A DNA stretch of 64,000 bases from Oikopleura dioica (lineage: Eukaryota > Animalia > Chordata). Numbering within the stretch: position 1 is the stretch's first letter; every line of letters starts with the position of its first letter. Position numbers and translations under genes: made by a program. Under the pieces are notes generated by a model. It saw only the letters and a list, made by a program, of their open reading frames with translations, made no database searches and was not told where the DNA came from. The stretch lies in assembly GCA_907165135.1 (NCBI GenBank), contig OU015566.1, positions 3,534,001 through 3,598,000 on the forward strand, in the 5' to 3' direction. Shown one piece after another: positions 36,901 to 48,000 of this stretch.

Positions 36901-37976
36901 GTGTATTGAAAACTATTCCGAATCCGTCGGAACCAACTCACTCAGTTCAAAATGCCACATTCTCTCCAAAAAGCGCATTTCAGGTCACATGTTCGATCCA
37001 ACCTTTTGGTCCGACCTTTCGAGTCGCAAATTCGATTTATTCCTTTTACTTCCGGCCCGTTCCGTATTTCGAGACGCGACTGCGAAATTTTGATGTCGAT
37101 TTTTGATAAGAAGAAACTTGAGTCAGGTTTTGAAGAAAATTTATGAAATTTTCATAAAGCCGCGTAGCGGCTTTTTTATAAACGAATTTACGCTTGAAAA
37201 TGGATCAGATAAGATTTTTACGTTTCTTTTAGAAGAAGAGACAGTGCGCATGGAGAGCAGCCGCAGTCGCGTCAGATCACTTTCCAAATCTCAAGTGGCC
37301 TCCATAGGTAAGCAGATTTTTCTCTCAAGAAACCAAAACTCTGACGTTTCTTTTTAGATGAATTGATTGAGTTGGAAAAAGATGAAGTTGAACTCGTCAA
37401 AACAACAGGTAAAAAATCGAAAATAAGGAGAAAAAAACAACTCGAAAATCGAGTAAAAATTAAAAATCAGCATAATTTTGGCACTTTTTGAGCCGAAATC
37501 GACATTTTCCCTCCGAAAGAAGTTTTTTGATCATGACAATCATCGAAAACTCTTCAGGTTTTACTATTGGAATCGTCATCGGCGCCCTGACCGTCATCCT
37601 CCTCATCATCCTCTTCATCTTCGGCTATCGCTGGCACTCCCGCCGCGGCGACATCACCAAGGCCCTCTACATCCCCAAACCCCGCCCCGCCTCCTCCCAA
37701 GTCCATTTGACCCTCGTCCCGGCCGGCTCTCACTATCCTTACGAAAACGGCCGCCTCGCTTCGAACCAGCCCCGACCGCTTTCGACGCTTTATCAACCTG
37801 GTCTTGGACAATCAGTTTTGCACCCAATCGGCACTCCCATTGGAAAAGTACCAATCACGAAGGAGAGTCAAGAAGGAACTTACAGTAGCACTGGCGATGG
37901 CAGTCTTGGCGAAACTTCTTGCGGATCCGATTTGACCTATTTGGAGCCGGCTCATGGCGGAGTTGTTGAAGTGTAG
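21964..37976 (+). CDS. Ephrin, class-B architecture (TM plus cytoplasmic tail); exons 21964-22043, 31734-31848, 33613-33787, 36561-36662, 37358-37408, 37558-37976
   Basis: All junctions GT-AG and in phase: signal peptide, LYWNTTNPVF, VRVGEKMDIYCP, LFSCLTPERERKHTLLFQEINPNPFSPVFSRGSDYFLIS, SCDSKQLRMKISV, TM IGIVIGALTVILLIILFIFGY, tail ending GVVEV*. Confidence 0.92.
22368..23114. mobile_element. Foldback MITE with ~281-bp TIRs and TTAA target duplication
   Basis: Arms 22368-22648 and 22834-23114 are near-perfect reverse complements; TTAA at 22364-22367 and 23115-23118. Confidence 0.92.
23955..24228. mobile_element. Inverted-repeat element (~87-bp imperfect arms), probably part of a larger MITE at ~23650-24400
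   Basis: TTTGACGCCCT..CATTCGAAAGCCCAGC..GTGGTTGCGCA versus TGCGCAACCAC..GCTGGGCTTTCGAATG..AGGGCGTCAAA. Confidence 0.75.
25387..25505. repeat. Nested inverted repeat
   Basis: GAGTTTATCATGATGAGAGCCTTAATTTTAGGG pairs with CCCTTAAAATTAAGGCTCTCATCGTGATAAACTC; inner CACCCTTATTT..AAATAAGGGTG. Confidence 0.7.
27470..27845. repeat. Tandem array of three ~120-bp hairpin units carrying TGAGTCA/TGACTCA
   Basis: Three copies of CCTGTGTAGAAAACCTGAGTCAGGGTCT-spacer-AGACCCTGACTCAGGTTTTCTACACAGG; the spacer of unit 2 is the reverse complement of that in unit 1. Confidence 0.85.
29690..29859. mobile_element. 170-bp foldback element built from AAGCCGC-n-GCGGCTT palindromes
   Basis: ~60-bp arms TTCGCTAGAAT..GAAGCCGCTTGCGGCTTCGAG / CTCGAAGCCGCAAGCGGCTTC..ATTCTAGCGAA; central TAGCCGCGCGAAGCGCGGCTA. 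Confidence 0.8.
30500..30842. repeat. Degenerate short-unit array (TTTGAGCC/GCTCAAA) in both orientations
   Basis: Many copies of GAGCC(A/G)GCTCA and TTTGAGC. Confidence 0.7.
34269..34856 (-). CDS. Intronless coiled-coil + RING finger protein (RFWD3-like RING signature), nested antisense in ephrin intron 3
   Basis: 195-aa ORF; CPICMEEY..CLKVCGHRFGKNCIEKTL..CPNCNK preceded by heptad repeats. Confidence 0.8.
   Translation of the reverse strand: MGDIYEKTFEKINQDFQNFKKETEEKISYKLTAVEAKNSEMPLVEREIESIQKDLVSLEEERQQCEEEMRPLKSKYEALVQRIKMKELVMKEQKTRLKNLSIEIINLKKEVEDIRKMKCGKLNSFSIHELDVCPICMEEYNTNDHIQSCLKVCGHRFGKNCIEKTLGYRVGSRAMYGKCPNCNKEFTAASILRLY
35395..35541. repeat. 40-bp inverted repeat enclosing two CCAATCAGAAGCC motifs
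   Basis: GGTGTCTGGAACCGACAAAAAATTTCGTCAGATTTTGCGT versus ACGCAAAATTTGTCGAAATTTTTTGTCGGTTCCAGACACC (2 mismatches). Confidence 0.8.
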
Positions 37977-38162
37977 ATTCGAATGAATTTAATGAAGAAT
38001 CGACTTTTTTATTTTATTATTAAAAAAATCTTCAAATCTACCTCAACTTCTTCCCAAAAAACCCGAAGCTTCTCTAATAAAAAAAATTGGAAGATCGTCA
38101 AAATGCTGCCTTTACTACTATCACTATTTACCAATTTAAAATGTAAATAAATATCAGAAAAC

Positions 38163-38417
38163 ACTATTTTTCGTGATCTTCGTCGTGATTTCCTTCTTTC
38201 CAGTGCAGTTTCCAAGCCATTTCGACAAGGGCCATGTGTTGCTGAGCTTTTAAATGCTGCTCGTGGACTAGTTTTTCTCGGTAGAGAAATGACTTAATTT
38301 TTGATCGACGGGATTACAGTCAAAACTTACAAGAACAATAGCAATTAGAACGAAAATAACAAGAACAGCTCTCTGAAGTTGCCTGATTCCCTCGGGGTAG
38401 ACATGAAAATCTTCCAT
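38163..38417 (-). CDS. Possible small single-TM protein
   Basis: MEDFHVYPEGIRQLQRAVLVIFVLIAIVLV then a probable intron, then HEQHLKAQQHM..DEDHEK*; the donor needed is weak. Confidence 0.3.
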
Positions 38418-38731
38418 TTTTTTTCTCAAGAAAAATATTTTCAACGATAAATGCAATCCTTGATACAGTATTCTCAATTTTCAAGATCATCGATGATCGT
38501 CGATGAATTATAAATTATAATCGAAAGTGCCTGCAAAACGGTAATTTATCTTTGTTCGTATATTCTTCGTCTGTTGAATCTGAAAAAGCCGTGCTCGACA
38601 GATTTTAATTTGAGCTCAATTGAATGTGATCTTGTTTGAATTTGCTGGAAACAATGAATTTAATGATCCATAATAAGCCGGTAGAATTGGGACAGTCTCA
38701 GGAATCAAGAGCTAGAGAATCTCTAGTAGAG

Positions 38732-39142
38732 ATGTTTGAAATAATCGAAACTTTTGAAGAGTGGGAGAACTTTTTGAAGAATGTCAGATAATAGCATTTT
38801 ATTCTAAAGGAAAACAGACGTTAAGAGTATTGAATATACTGTGGCATTGTTTACTGTTCCATGGTGTGGTTCCTGCAAAATGATGGCCAAGAAACTGAAG
38901 GCATTTTCGGAAGAAAACAAGGAAGAGAACGTCCAATACACAGTAATTGACGCTGATCAAATCGTGGAAGGTAGTATTTTCCACTTCGAAAATCTTGAAG
39001 TCCTTTTTTAGTAAAATCTCTTTACGGCATCTCGCAATATCCGTGCTTCATTTTCTTCAAAAACGGCGAAAAGAAGCACAAATTCGCAACTTCAAGATTT
39101 GAACATTTCACTGACGAGTTCACTCTCAATCTTTACCAATAA
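38732..39142 (+). CDS. Thioredoxin-family protein with WCGSC active site
   Basis: MFEIIETFEEWENFL/..VALFTVPWCGSCKMMAKKL..YTVIDAD/..YGISQYPCFIFFKNGEK. Confidence 0.85.
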
Positions 39143-39229
39143 AAAATTGCTCCAAGCGTCGAATCTCCCTTGACCTTTTCACTTGCATAACTCACCGGGA
39201 ATGTGAGAAAACAAAAGCAATCGAAAAAA

Positions 39230-40471
39230 ATGAGGATAATAAATAGAGAAACAAAATTTATTTTGAGAACAAGAATATTCCAGCTGTTTTTATTGTTTTT
39301 GATTATCAAAATCTTGAGGCGTCGGATCACAGAAAAATCATAAGGATGAATTGAGCTAATTTTTAATTATCCGACTTGAAGACATAGAAGAGACAGAAAA
39401 TTAGAAGATCAATCAGCAGTTGATGAATTCTATCATGGAAAAAGACTGTCAGCGGAGCAACAGGGGATTGTACTACTAGGATTTTCCCATAGAATAGGTT
39501 TTTACCGATTACTCTTTTCCGATAGCAAAGTTTGAAAACCAAAATAAGCGAACTAAGACCAATAGTCGACATCTTGCGCCTCGAAGGATGTCATTATTTC
39601 CACGAGCCACTTAGATTTTCGCCCTATGGAAAAAGCGACCTTCGAGAGATTCAAAAATACATCATCGAACTTCTTTCCTGCCGATTCAAATACATTTATC
39701 GCGTCTTTAGGTGAGCTTTCAAGTTGATGAATCTTACTTTGCTCAAGTATTTCGCCGAAATTCGAGCGATTTTTTGATGCTCTTTCAAAAGAAAATGAAG
39801 CGATATCTGGAGGAGCAGTTACTGAGCGACGATCTTGCGCAGAAAAATCATGCCGGGTTGTGACTCAAAGTTTTGACGAGTACTTTGGATCGCTAGCGGA
39901 TGTCAGATGGCTCAAATTTGTTCAAAATGGGATCGGTGCTAGTTTTCGGGTAATTCTCGAGAATCAAAATTTCTCCTAAATTTTCCTAGTCGCTGATAGT
40001 CGTCCGAGATCCCCGAGTCCTCCTTCTTCAAAAATACAAAGACCAGAAAAACGACATCATGGAATACGCCGACGAAATCGTCAAGTACTGCGATTCAATG
40101 GTCGACAACTGGTCGCGACTCTACGATCTGACGCAGGAAAGCTTCTCAAAAAGCATCAAAATCATCAAATACGAAGATCTTCAGATGAATTATCAAAATG
40201 AAATCAAGGACGCGCTTTTGTTTTTGAAACTCGACAGCGCTAAATTTGACCCTTTTCCGATTTTTGAAGACTCGCTGAGTTTGACCTTGAGAAGGAATAT
40301 TTACAAAGTAGGTTCTCTGATCACTTTTTCATCAAGAAAAAAATTAAGGCCTTCAACGCCGTTCAAAACGACTGCGGCAAATTCATGAAAATGTTTCATT
40401 ACAATCAGCTCCTTTTCGAAGATTTCCTCAACTCTCTCGAGTATTTGTCGATAACTGTAACTCATGATTAA
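39230..40471 (+). CDS. Carbohydrate sulfotransferase (CHST1-7-like)
   Basis: Type II TM N-terminus; motifs HYFHEPL, LIVVRDPR, IIKYEDL, AVQNDCGKFMKMFHY. Confidence 0.75.
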
Positions 40472-40578
40472 CAATCAATATATTACGATTATGATGATTC
40501 ATTTTTTAATACTGCTTCCTTTCTTGAAATAAATAAAGTCAACAAGAAAGTCTTTTGTCACAGGAAAAAGAGAAAAAA

Positions 40579-42206
40579 ATGCCGGGAAGAAAAAGGCTTG
40601 AATTTACATTTTTAACTTCTTTGGTTACGATTTTTCACTACATATCGCAGCTCACACTGCCATTTACAATTACAGTCATATCTACTGCTCAAGATGGCGA
40701 AAATGTCCAGTCTATCTGTATTTTAAATCAATCAGCAGCTGAAACAAATGTCGAGCAGACCGGAAAGAGCGAGCTAGCCTGGACAAACGAGCAATATGGA
40801 AATATTCTTGGAGCGTATTTCATCGGCTATTCTATTTCTACAGCAGCGTCTGCTTTTGCCGTGCAAAAATTTGGATTTTACCCGCTTATTAAGATTTTAT
40901 GCTTCGGGAGCGCAACCACAACACTTTTCTTTCCTTACGTCATCAGGAGATCTTTTAACTTGGGATTTCTTTTGAGAGTTCTCCAGGGAGTTTTTTCTGG
41001 TCCCTATGTTCCCGCTTTGCAAGGATCGTGGTACTGGTGGGGCATTCCCAGCGAAATAACGACGAATATAGCGATTCAAACGGGAGGTGTGACGATCGGA
41101 AATGTTCTGGGCTCGGTTGGAAATGGAATGGTGATAAATTCATTTGGCTGGGAATATTGCTATTACATCGCCGGAACTTGCCAGATATTGGTTGGTATTC
41201 TTTGGGCGATTCTGGTAGATCCAAAGCCGGAGATAGAAAGGGGTGAATTTGGTTTTTGTGGAATTCAAAAACTGAAGATTTCTAGCAGAATGTCGAAAGA
41301 AGAAAAAACTCGGGAACGGAAAGAGAAAATAGAGTAAGGCTTTTCTAAGTTCATTTTCTTGTCCAAAAACAGATTACATCTGCGCGCCCTCCCTCGATAA
41401 CGACGACAAAACTCCGAAATGTTCCATTCAAATCAATTCTGACCGACCCTCAAGTTCTTCTCGCTGTCTGGGGCGTTTTTTCGGTCGACTTAATTCTGCT
41501 GAGCAGCATGACTAACACCCCTACTTATTTGAAACGGGCATTTGGGTTGCCGATTCGGACAATAACGTACGTTTTTGGAGCCGTTGCTCTTGGATGCTTG
41601 ATTGCGAATGTTTCTTGTGCTCTTATCGGTAAGAAAACAGTCGGTCTATCAATTAATATGACCTGAAGTTGACAAACTAAGAAGAAAGTTCAGCACGACT
41701 TTTGTTAGAAAATCGCTAGTTCTGTTCTTGTGTTTGTTGATGCTCCCGTCTGTCTGTTCGATGGAATTCTTTGGCTGTAATTACGTAGTAGTTTGCATCC
41801 TTTTTGCTATTTTTACCATTTCTGCAAGTGCTAGTGCAAGTATGTTCATAATTTTTGACCTCGAAAACTGTTATTGTAAAAGTATCTGGGATCATCCCTA
41901 TCGCCGCAGAGCTATCTGCAAATTATGGCCCGATCGTGACTGGTTTTGCTGGTGCTTTTGGCAATTTTGCTGGATTTGCTACCACTTCACTCATGGTTTA
42001 CCTGCTCAAGGATAAAAATCAAGGTAGAAATTATGATAAACATTAAAATATTCTCTTAAAAAGGCGATCCTGCAAACTGGAACCGGGTTTTTGCGATCCC
42101 GGTTGGTCTGTTCACCATTTTTCTTGGTTTTTTCCTTGCTTTTGGAAAAATAGAAGTGCGACCATGGGCCAGAGAGAAGAAAAATAAAAATCACCTTCTC
42201 AAATGA
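40579..42206 (+). CDS. SLC17-family MFS anion transporter (sialin-like)
   Basis: WTNEQYGNILGAYFIGY, LRVLQGVFSGPYVPALQGSWYWW, FGWEYCYYIAG, C-terminal GKIEVRPWA; many TM segments. Confidence 0.88.
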
Positions 42207-42501
42207 GCGCAAAAAATATATTATTAAAGTTTATTTCTTCAAGAAATTCAATAGCAAATTGGTAAATGAAAAATAAGTGCAGCCAATAATTGCTCTCCAC
42301 CCCAGTTCCTTCCTAATTCCAAACGAGCGTAAGACGATGTAAAATCGCGAACAAAATTGTAAAATAGTCAAAACTTTGAATAAAGAAATTGCGGCTTTCC
42401 GAGCTCCTGATCGCTCCAGAAAATATAGTAAAAGAGAGAAAAAATGCCGTTGAAAAGAGGAATTCTTGAGGTGGAGGGTTTTTCTTTGGTCAAATAACTT
42501 T

Positions 42502-44822
42502 TTAGTAGTAATCTTCTACGTCACTTCCTTCTGAGTAATCTTCCTGTTCCATCAACAAGAGCGCTTCTTGCAGCTCTATTTGCTCCTTCGTTAATGCTTT
42601 CGGTTGTTCTTTCGGGGTCGGGTCGGGTTCAGCGGGTTCTGGAAGCTCTTCGGGCTCTTCTTTGACCTCGACTTCATCCTTGATTTCACTTTCGTCGATC
42701 ATGAGTCGTGGGGACTCTGATCCAGGATCTATGAAGATGTTAATAAATGCTCAAAGAGTGAGAAAAACCTGGTGTCTCGATCTCTTCCGCCGCTTTTCTT
42801 GTGTCGAAGCCAACATATTCAACATCCTTCTGTTTCTCATCCTCGTTTTTCGTGTCTTAGATCGGGTTTTCTTTTTCGACTCAGGAATTGAAAGAGGGAG
42901 GAAAAGATAAACCTTTCCTTCACTAAAATTCCAATGCGTCAAGGGCTCGTTCCATTGCTCTCCATAAGAGCTGGATATTTCCCGTTGCTCGGTTTTGTTG
43001 AAAGATTTCGCATAAGGATGATGCCGCGTATGATTCGCAGGTTTGGAAGCCTTTCGAGCTGATTTGGTGTGCGCGGGTTTCTCCTGTTTCTTTGGCGATG
43101 TACCAAGTAACGATTGGAAGCCTGAGATAGAATAGAAAGGGAAGAAAGGCGTGTCTGGTACCTGGGTGGAGCGAATTGACTTGCACCGGCTGTTCCTTGA
43201 TCTGGACTCGTGAGGACGACTGATGAGCTGGTTTGGAACTTTGCGGAGCGGAGAGAATGAACGGAGCAGACCTCGGCATGTCGTATGGATTCGGATTGTC
43301 GCGGTTCACCAACTGATCCAAAACAGGATGAGAAGTCTGGGCATTTCCAGTTGGGGCGCCATATTTTGCTTCGCTGAAAACAGGTTAGGATCTCAAAATC
43401 AAGGAGGATTTTTTTACCTTTTCTCTTGGTTTGGTGGTTGTTCCTTTTCCTTCCTAGGTCGCTTGGCTTCCTTTCTTTTTGAGGCTTGGTGGAGAGGTTG
43501 CGGTGGAGGCTGGCCTTTGACGTAATCATGATGGGCAGTCCCTCGGTCTTTGAAGTACTGAAAAGGGATAAGGAAAAGAAAGAGATGATAATTATCAAGC
43601 ATTTGCTTTACCTGGGCTTTCTCCGTCGTTGTGACAATAAACTCCGGGAATTCTAGCAAAATCTTCCCTTTCAAATTCTCAAGGAGCGTCTTTTCTTTGT
43701 CGAGATGATAGTAAAGCTCTTGCCCGACAATTCTTCGCATGAACACTTCGTAGTTGTACTTTTTCTCCGCCATTTCCAGCGGTCGTTCCATTTCAGCACT
43801 CTTCTTTCCTGGCAGGCGGTGACATTCGATAGAGGAGGCGGTTTCGTCGGATTCGATTGTTTCTGGCTCTTCTTCGAAGGGTTCCTCTTTGACTTCGACT
43901 TTAATCTACGAAAAAATTGATGAGAAAATGGGTTGCAAGAAAACAGCCTTACATCAGATCCGGAAAATTCAGAAGCAGCTTCGGAGTCGATCTTTTTACG
44001 AGTTGAATTTAATTGAAACTATTTTCTTTGCAAAAAATGAAATTCTTCATCTGAAAACTTCAATTTAAACTACTCAAACTCGCTCCTTATCAATGACTCC
44101 TTGAACAATGCGGCCTAAATTCCAAATCTCATATATATCAGTCTCATCCCTTGATATCTTTCTATCAGAAAGATGAAAAGTCCACCGTACATGAAATTTG
44201 AAACACTTCTTGGCTCTTAATTTTGATTTCGTCATTTTGTCTGTTGTGCTATCAGCAACGTACTTTCCTGGTCCTTTGCGTTCCCCGTACTCGGAGTAGA
44301 CCGTCCGGTTGATTGAGGCGCGGGAGAAGCCGGCTGGTTGTTGCCAGATTACGAAGCCTTTCGAGATGGCCTAGAATCACATTTAGAACCTGAGAACAGC
44401 GTTGAAATACTCACATATCTTGTAAGCGCCTCTCTTCCTTCATAACCTGGCGATTTCATCCCTTCTGGCCCGTAGTCCCGGAGAATTCGCTCCCAAGTAA
44501 AGGTTCGTCGACTTGCATCCTCGAGAAAACGATAGTCTCGGAGAAGAAGTCGGTTGTTCATCGTTTTCTTGAAGACGAACTCGGTTGGGTCTCGTTTTCC
44601 AGAGCAGTTTAGCTCCTCTTTATGTTGCTGGACGCACTGCAGAGAACAGGTCTAACAGAAAAGTTGAGAAACGGTCGAAAAGGGGGTTCTTACTCTGTTC
44701 TGACATCCTGGACACTTGTATCGTGGGTTCTTGCTTAGGCAGACGTAGCATCTTGGAACATCCTGATCAGGGATAGACTCTTTTTCAGGTTCCTGAGCTT
44801 CTTCAGCTGCTACGGCCGACAT
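42502..44822 (-). CDS. ZNHIT6: Box C/D snoRNA protein 1 (zf-HIT protein) with a long low-complexity C-terminus
   Basis: CYVCLSKNPRYKCPGCQNR/TCSLQCVQQHKEELNCSGKRDPTEFV..LLRDYRFLED; TLLENLKGKILLEFPEFIV. Confidence 0.88.
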
Positions 44823-45053
44823 TCCGAGACAATTCCGGAAATCACAAAATTCCGATCCAACGAGCGGTACCGGACACCGACTGCTCGATTCGTCTATTTA
44901 ATTGATTAAAATAAGGGTTGAGAAAATAAATATTATGTTTATTCTTTGTCTGTAAAGGCATTTTCAGTGATTTGAAGATAAATGAAGAAAGAAAAATAGT
45001 AACACTACATCTACTTGGACGAATAATGAATGATAGGAATCAGAAAATAGATT

Positions 45054-48000
45054 CTAAGCAGCTTGAAGAAATTGGTCGACAATGCTTTTAGACATTTCCT
45101 TGAAGAATTCGATGTCTTTCGAATCGTCAACCCAGTCGGTTTCGCGGAGAGTTTGAGTTACGGAATTCGGGATGTCGCGAGTGATTGACAGGATTTCGTA
45201 GTTTTGAAGCAGTTTTTCAGCCGTCTTAATAAACAGTAGCATTTAATAAAAGCAGAAACTGATAGACATTTTACCTGGTATCGGATAAACGGCTTCTTAT
45301 TGTACAAAAGTTGTCTGAATCTCGCGAATGCTCGTTCGTAGAAAACATCCATCCTGGCAAGTCCATTCAAGCAGCTGATCGCGTTGATTGCGTTTTGACT
45401 GTCCTTTGCTTTTGTATACTTGATGCAAAGCTCGAATACTTTCTCGAGTTTTTTGCTCTCTTCGATGTCTTCAAAGTATTCTCGGGAAAGAAATTCTTCG
45501 AGGACTTTCAAAACTGGCTTTCCTGATGTTTGGTTGAAGATCTGGTCGATTATAGGAAGTTAATTACAGTAATAAAGCTGTAAAAGCTTGGGAGTAGGTA
45601 GACAGATCTTCAACCGTCCTAGCAGCGTCGGTTTTTCATTCCACAAGTAGCAAATATGCTCTAGAACCTCTTCCAGCTCCTCTTCTTGACAATCATCCAT
45701 GAAGTAATTAGCCGCTTTGAAGGCATTTTGCGACAAGGACTGCGTCAGATCACCAGCAGAAACGATCAGTCCCTGTAAAATTTGGCGCTGAAAGGATTTG
45801 ATTTTCAGCAATTTTGAATAAAGAGAAAACATCTTTTCTGCGCCCCAGAATGAGACCCAGATTTGATTGAATTTGCCGAGTCCGTTGTTCTTTGAAATCA
45901 TGATTTTAAAGAGCTCCTCAATGTCAGGATGAAGCTTGGAATGAGGCTGGAGAGCGATGAGAGTCTTTGCCGCTTCTTCTCGAACTCGAAGGATCTTTTC
46001 CGCGCCCTGTTGGAGCGTCTTTCCGACAAGCAGCAAAACAGTTTCCATCTTTAGCTGGGGGAAGGAATCGACCAGTTGTTGGATGCCTTTGAGAGCAGCG
46101 AGACGCACGTGACTGCCGATATCACCTCTCTGATTTCGAGTGTAATCGTCGAGCGATAAAACGAGCGTATTCCCGATTTTGTCGAGTGTTTCTTGCGTAG
46201 GGTTTTGGAGAAGAATGTCGAGGGAGTACTGCATCAGCTCAGCACGAAGATCGACAAAGTAATGACGCGTTGGATTTTTCTTCGCATCTGAGACCGGTTT
46301 CTACATGAGATATCCTCATAACTTAGGGCCGGGGATGAGTCATAAGAGATAGAAAGAGGGTCTTTGGCTATACAAAAACCGGTTCCTAATCGAACTCCTT
46401 CAGTTACAAGGTGGAATAGCTCGAAAATTTGAGACTGCTTCACGACATTGTATGATTTCAGAAGATAGCAAGCGCAGATTCTAGCGCTTTCCAAGATTGT
46501 CGCTTTGTTTGAGATGATTTGGGAGATCAGTCTCTCGCAAATCGCCCTAATAATATCAATTAAATAGGCTCGATAGAAATTTCTCTTTAAAAGCAACAAC
46601 TTAAGGGAATGTCTCCGAATGTCTCCGAAATTTGGAAAATAAACATGTTCTAGAGATTTTTTCGAAAATACGCAAAAAATAAAAATAAGCTAAAAAATAA
46701 TGTCAGATACTGTAAAAATGATTTTCTTTTTGAAAATCTGGTAGAATTAAGCGCTCCGCGCAATTTGTGGTAGAAAACTCATTGATCGGGTAGGTTACAC
46801 TTTCATTTACACGCCTCCTATCGTCCGGACAAAATTCGGATATTCGTAGTTTCTAGAACATTTTTGTTATTTTTGGAGACATTCGGAGACATTCCCAGGG
46901 CGCCCCCAACTTAAGAGTACCACTAGACGTCCTAAAGAAGTATTTACTTACACTTGTTCCTTCTCCGGAAGCGCGCAAATCAAAACTTCAATCGCCGGCG
47001 TAATACTCTGACAGAGACCCCTCAATCCCAGCTCAACAAGCGCATCAGGAAGCTGTCCCATTTTCATAACGCTATCTTGAATCGAGTCAATCCACTCGAC
47101 AAACTTGTCGTAATTCTGTGTCTTCTTGGATTCCGCTGCATAAACTTTAAGTAAATCGAGAATGGAAGGTCGGAGGATGTAGCTAAAGCTCGCTGGATCG
47201 GAGAAATGCCGGGAATGGATAAGATTGTCGAGGATTTTTTGAATCTTGAGCATCGAATCCGGCTCGTGGGAGATGAAAAAGTCGAAGGTTGTGGAGAGGG
47301 TCATAACAGCGCCGTGGAGGATGAAATCGTTGTTCTTCGTCAGCCCCTGTTCCAGAAGCTGTGGAAGATGCTTCCTGAAAAGGTTCAGGCAATCAGGATG
47401 GTTAAGAGTAGTCGCGATGCTCTTCGCGGCAGCTTGGCGAACTTCTAGCTCCCAGTGAACAGCTCTGTTTGTCGCGAGATACTCGATAATACCCGCTCTA
47501 TATTCTGGGAAATCAATCGCAATTTGCGCTCCCACTTGAGCGGCGGAAGCCAATTGCGCGATCGTTTGAAAGTTCAGGAGTTGATTCAAATCCAGAGCGT
47601 TGGGGATAAAATCGAGCGGCAACCGGCCGATGTTTTCTTGTAGCGCTGCTTGAGCCGCTTTTCTACAACTCACTTCTTTGTCGAAACATGCTGTGGTTAT
47701 CAAAGTCTTGACGGAATCTTGAATGAAGTCTTTCAGATGCGCCGGATGGAAGCCACGAGCAAAGGTCCAAGAAGCGTAACAAGCCGCGTCTCGGACATTC
47801 GAACCAACAGATCCTTCTCCTCTTCGCTTATCGTAGCAAAGCCCTTCTTTGATCTTCGTGATGCTGATTTCTATGTGTTCTTGCGTGATCATATTTCGTC
47901 GAGAAAACTCCGCAAGCGCCGAGCAGCCGCCATGCCAGCTTGCTTCCGCGTTTGTTTCGTCCAACAAGTTGATGATTTCACCGAGGATGATGGAGGCATT

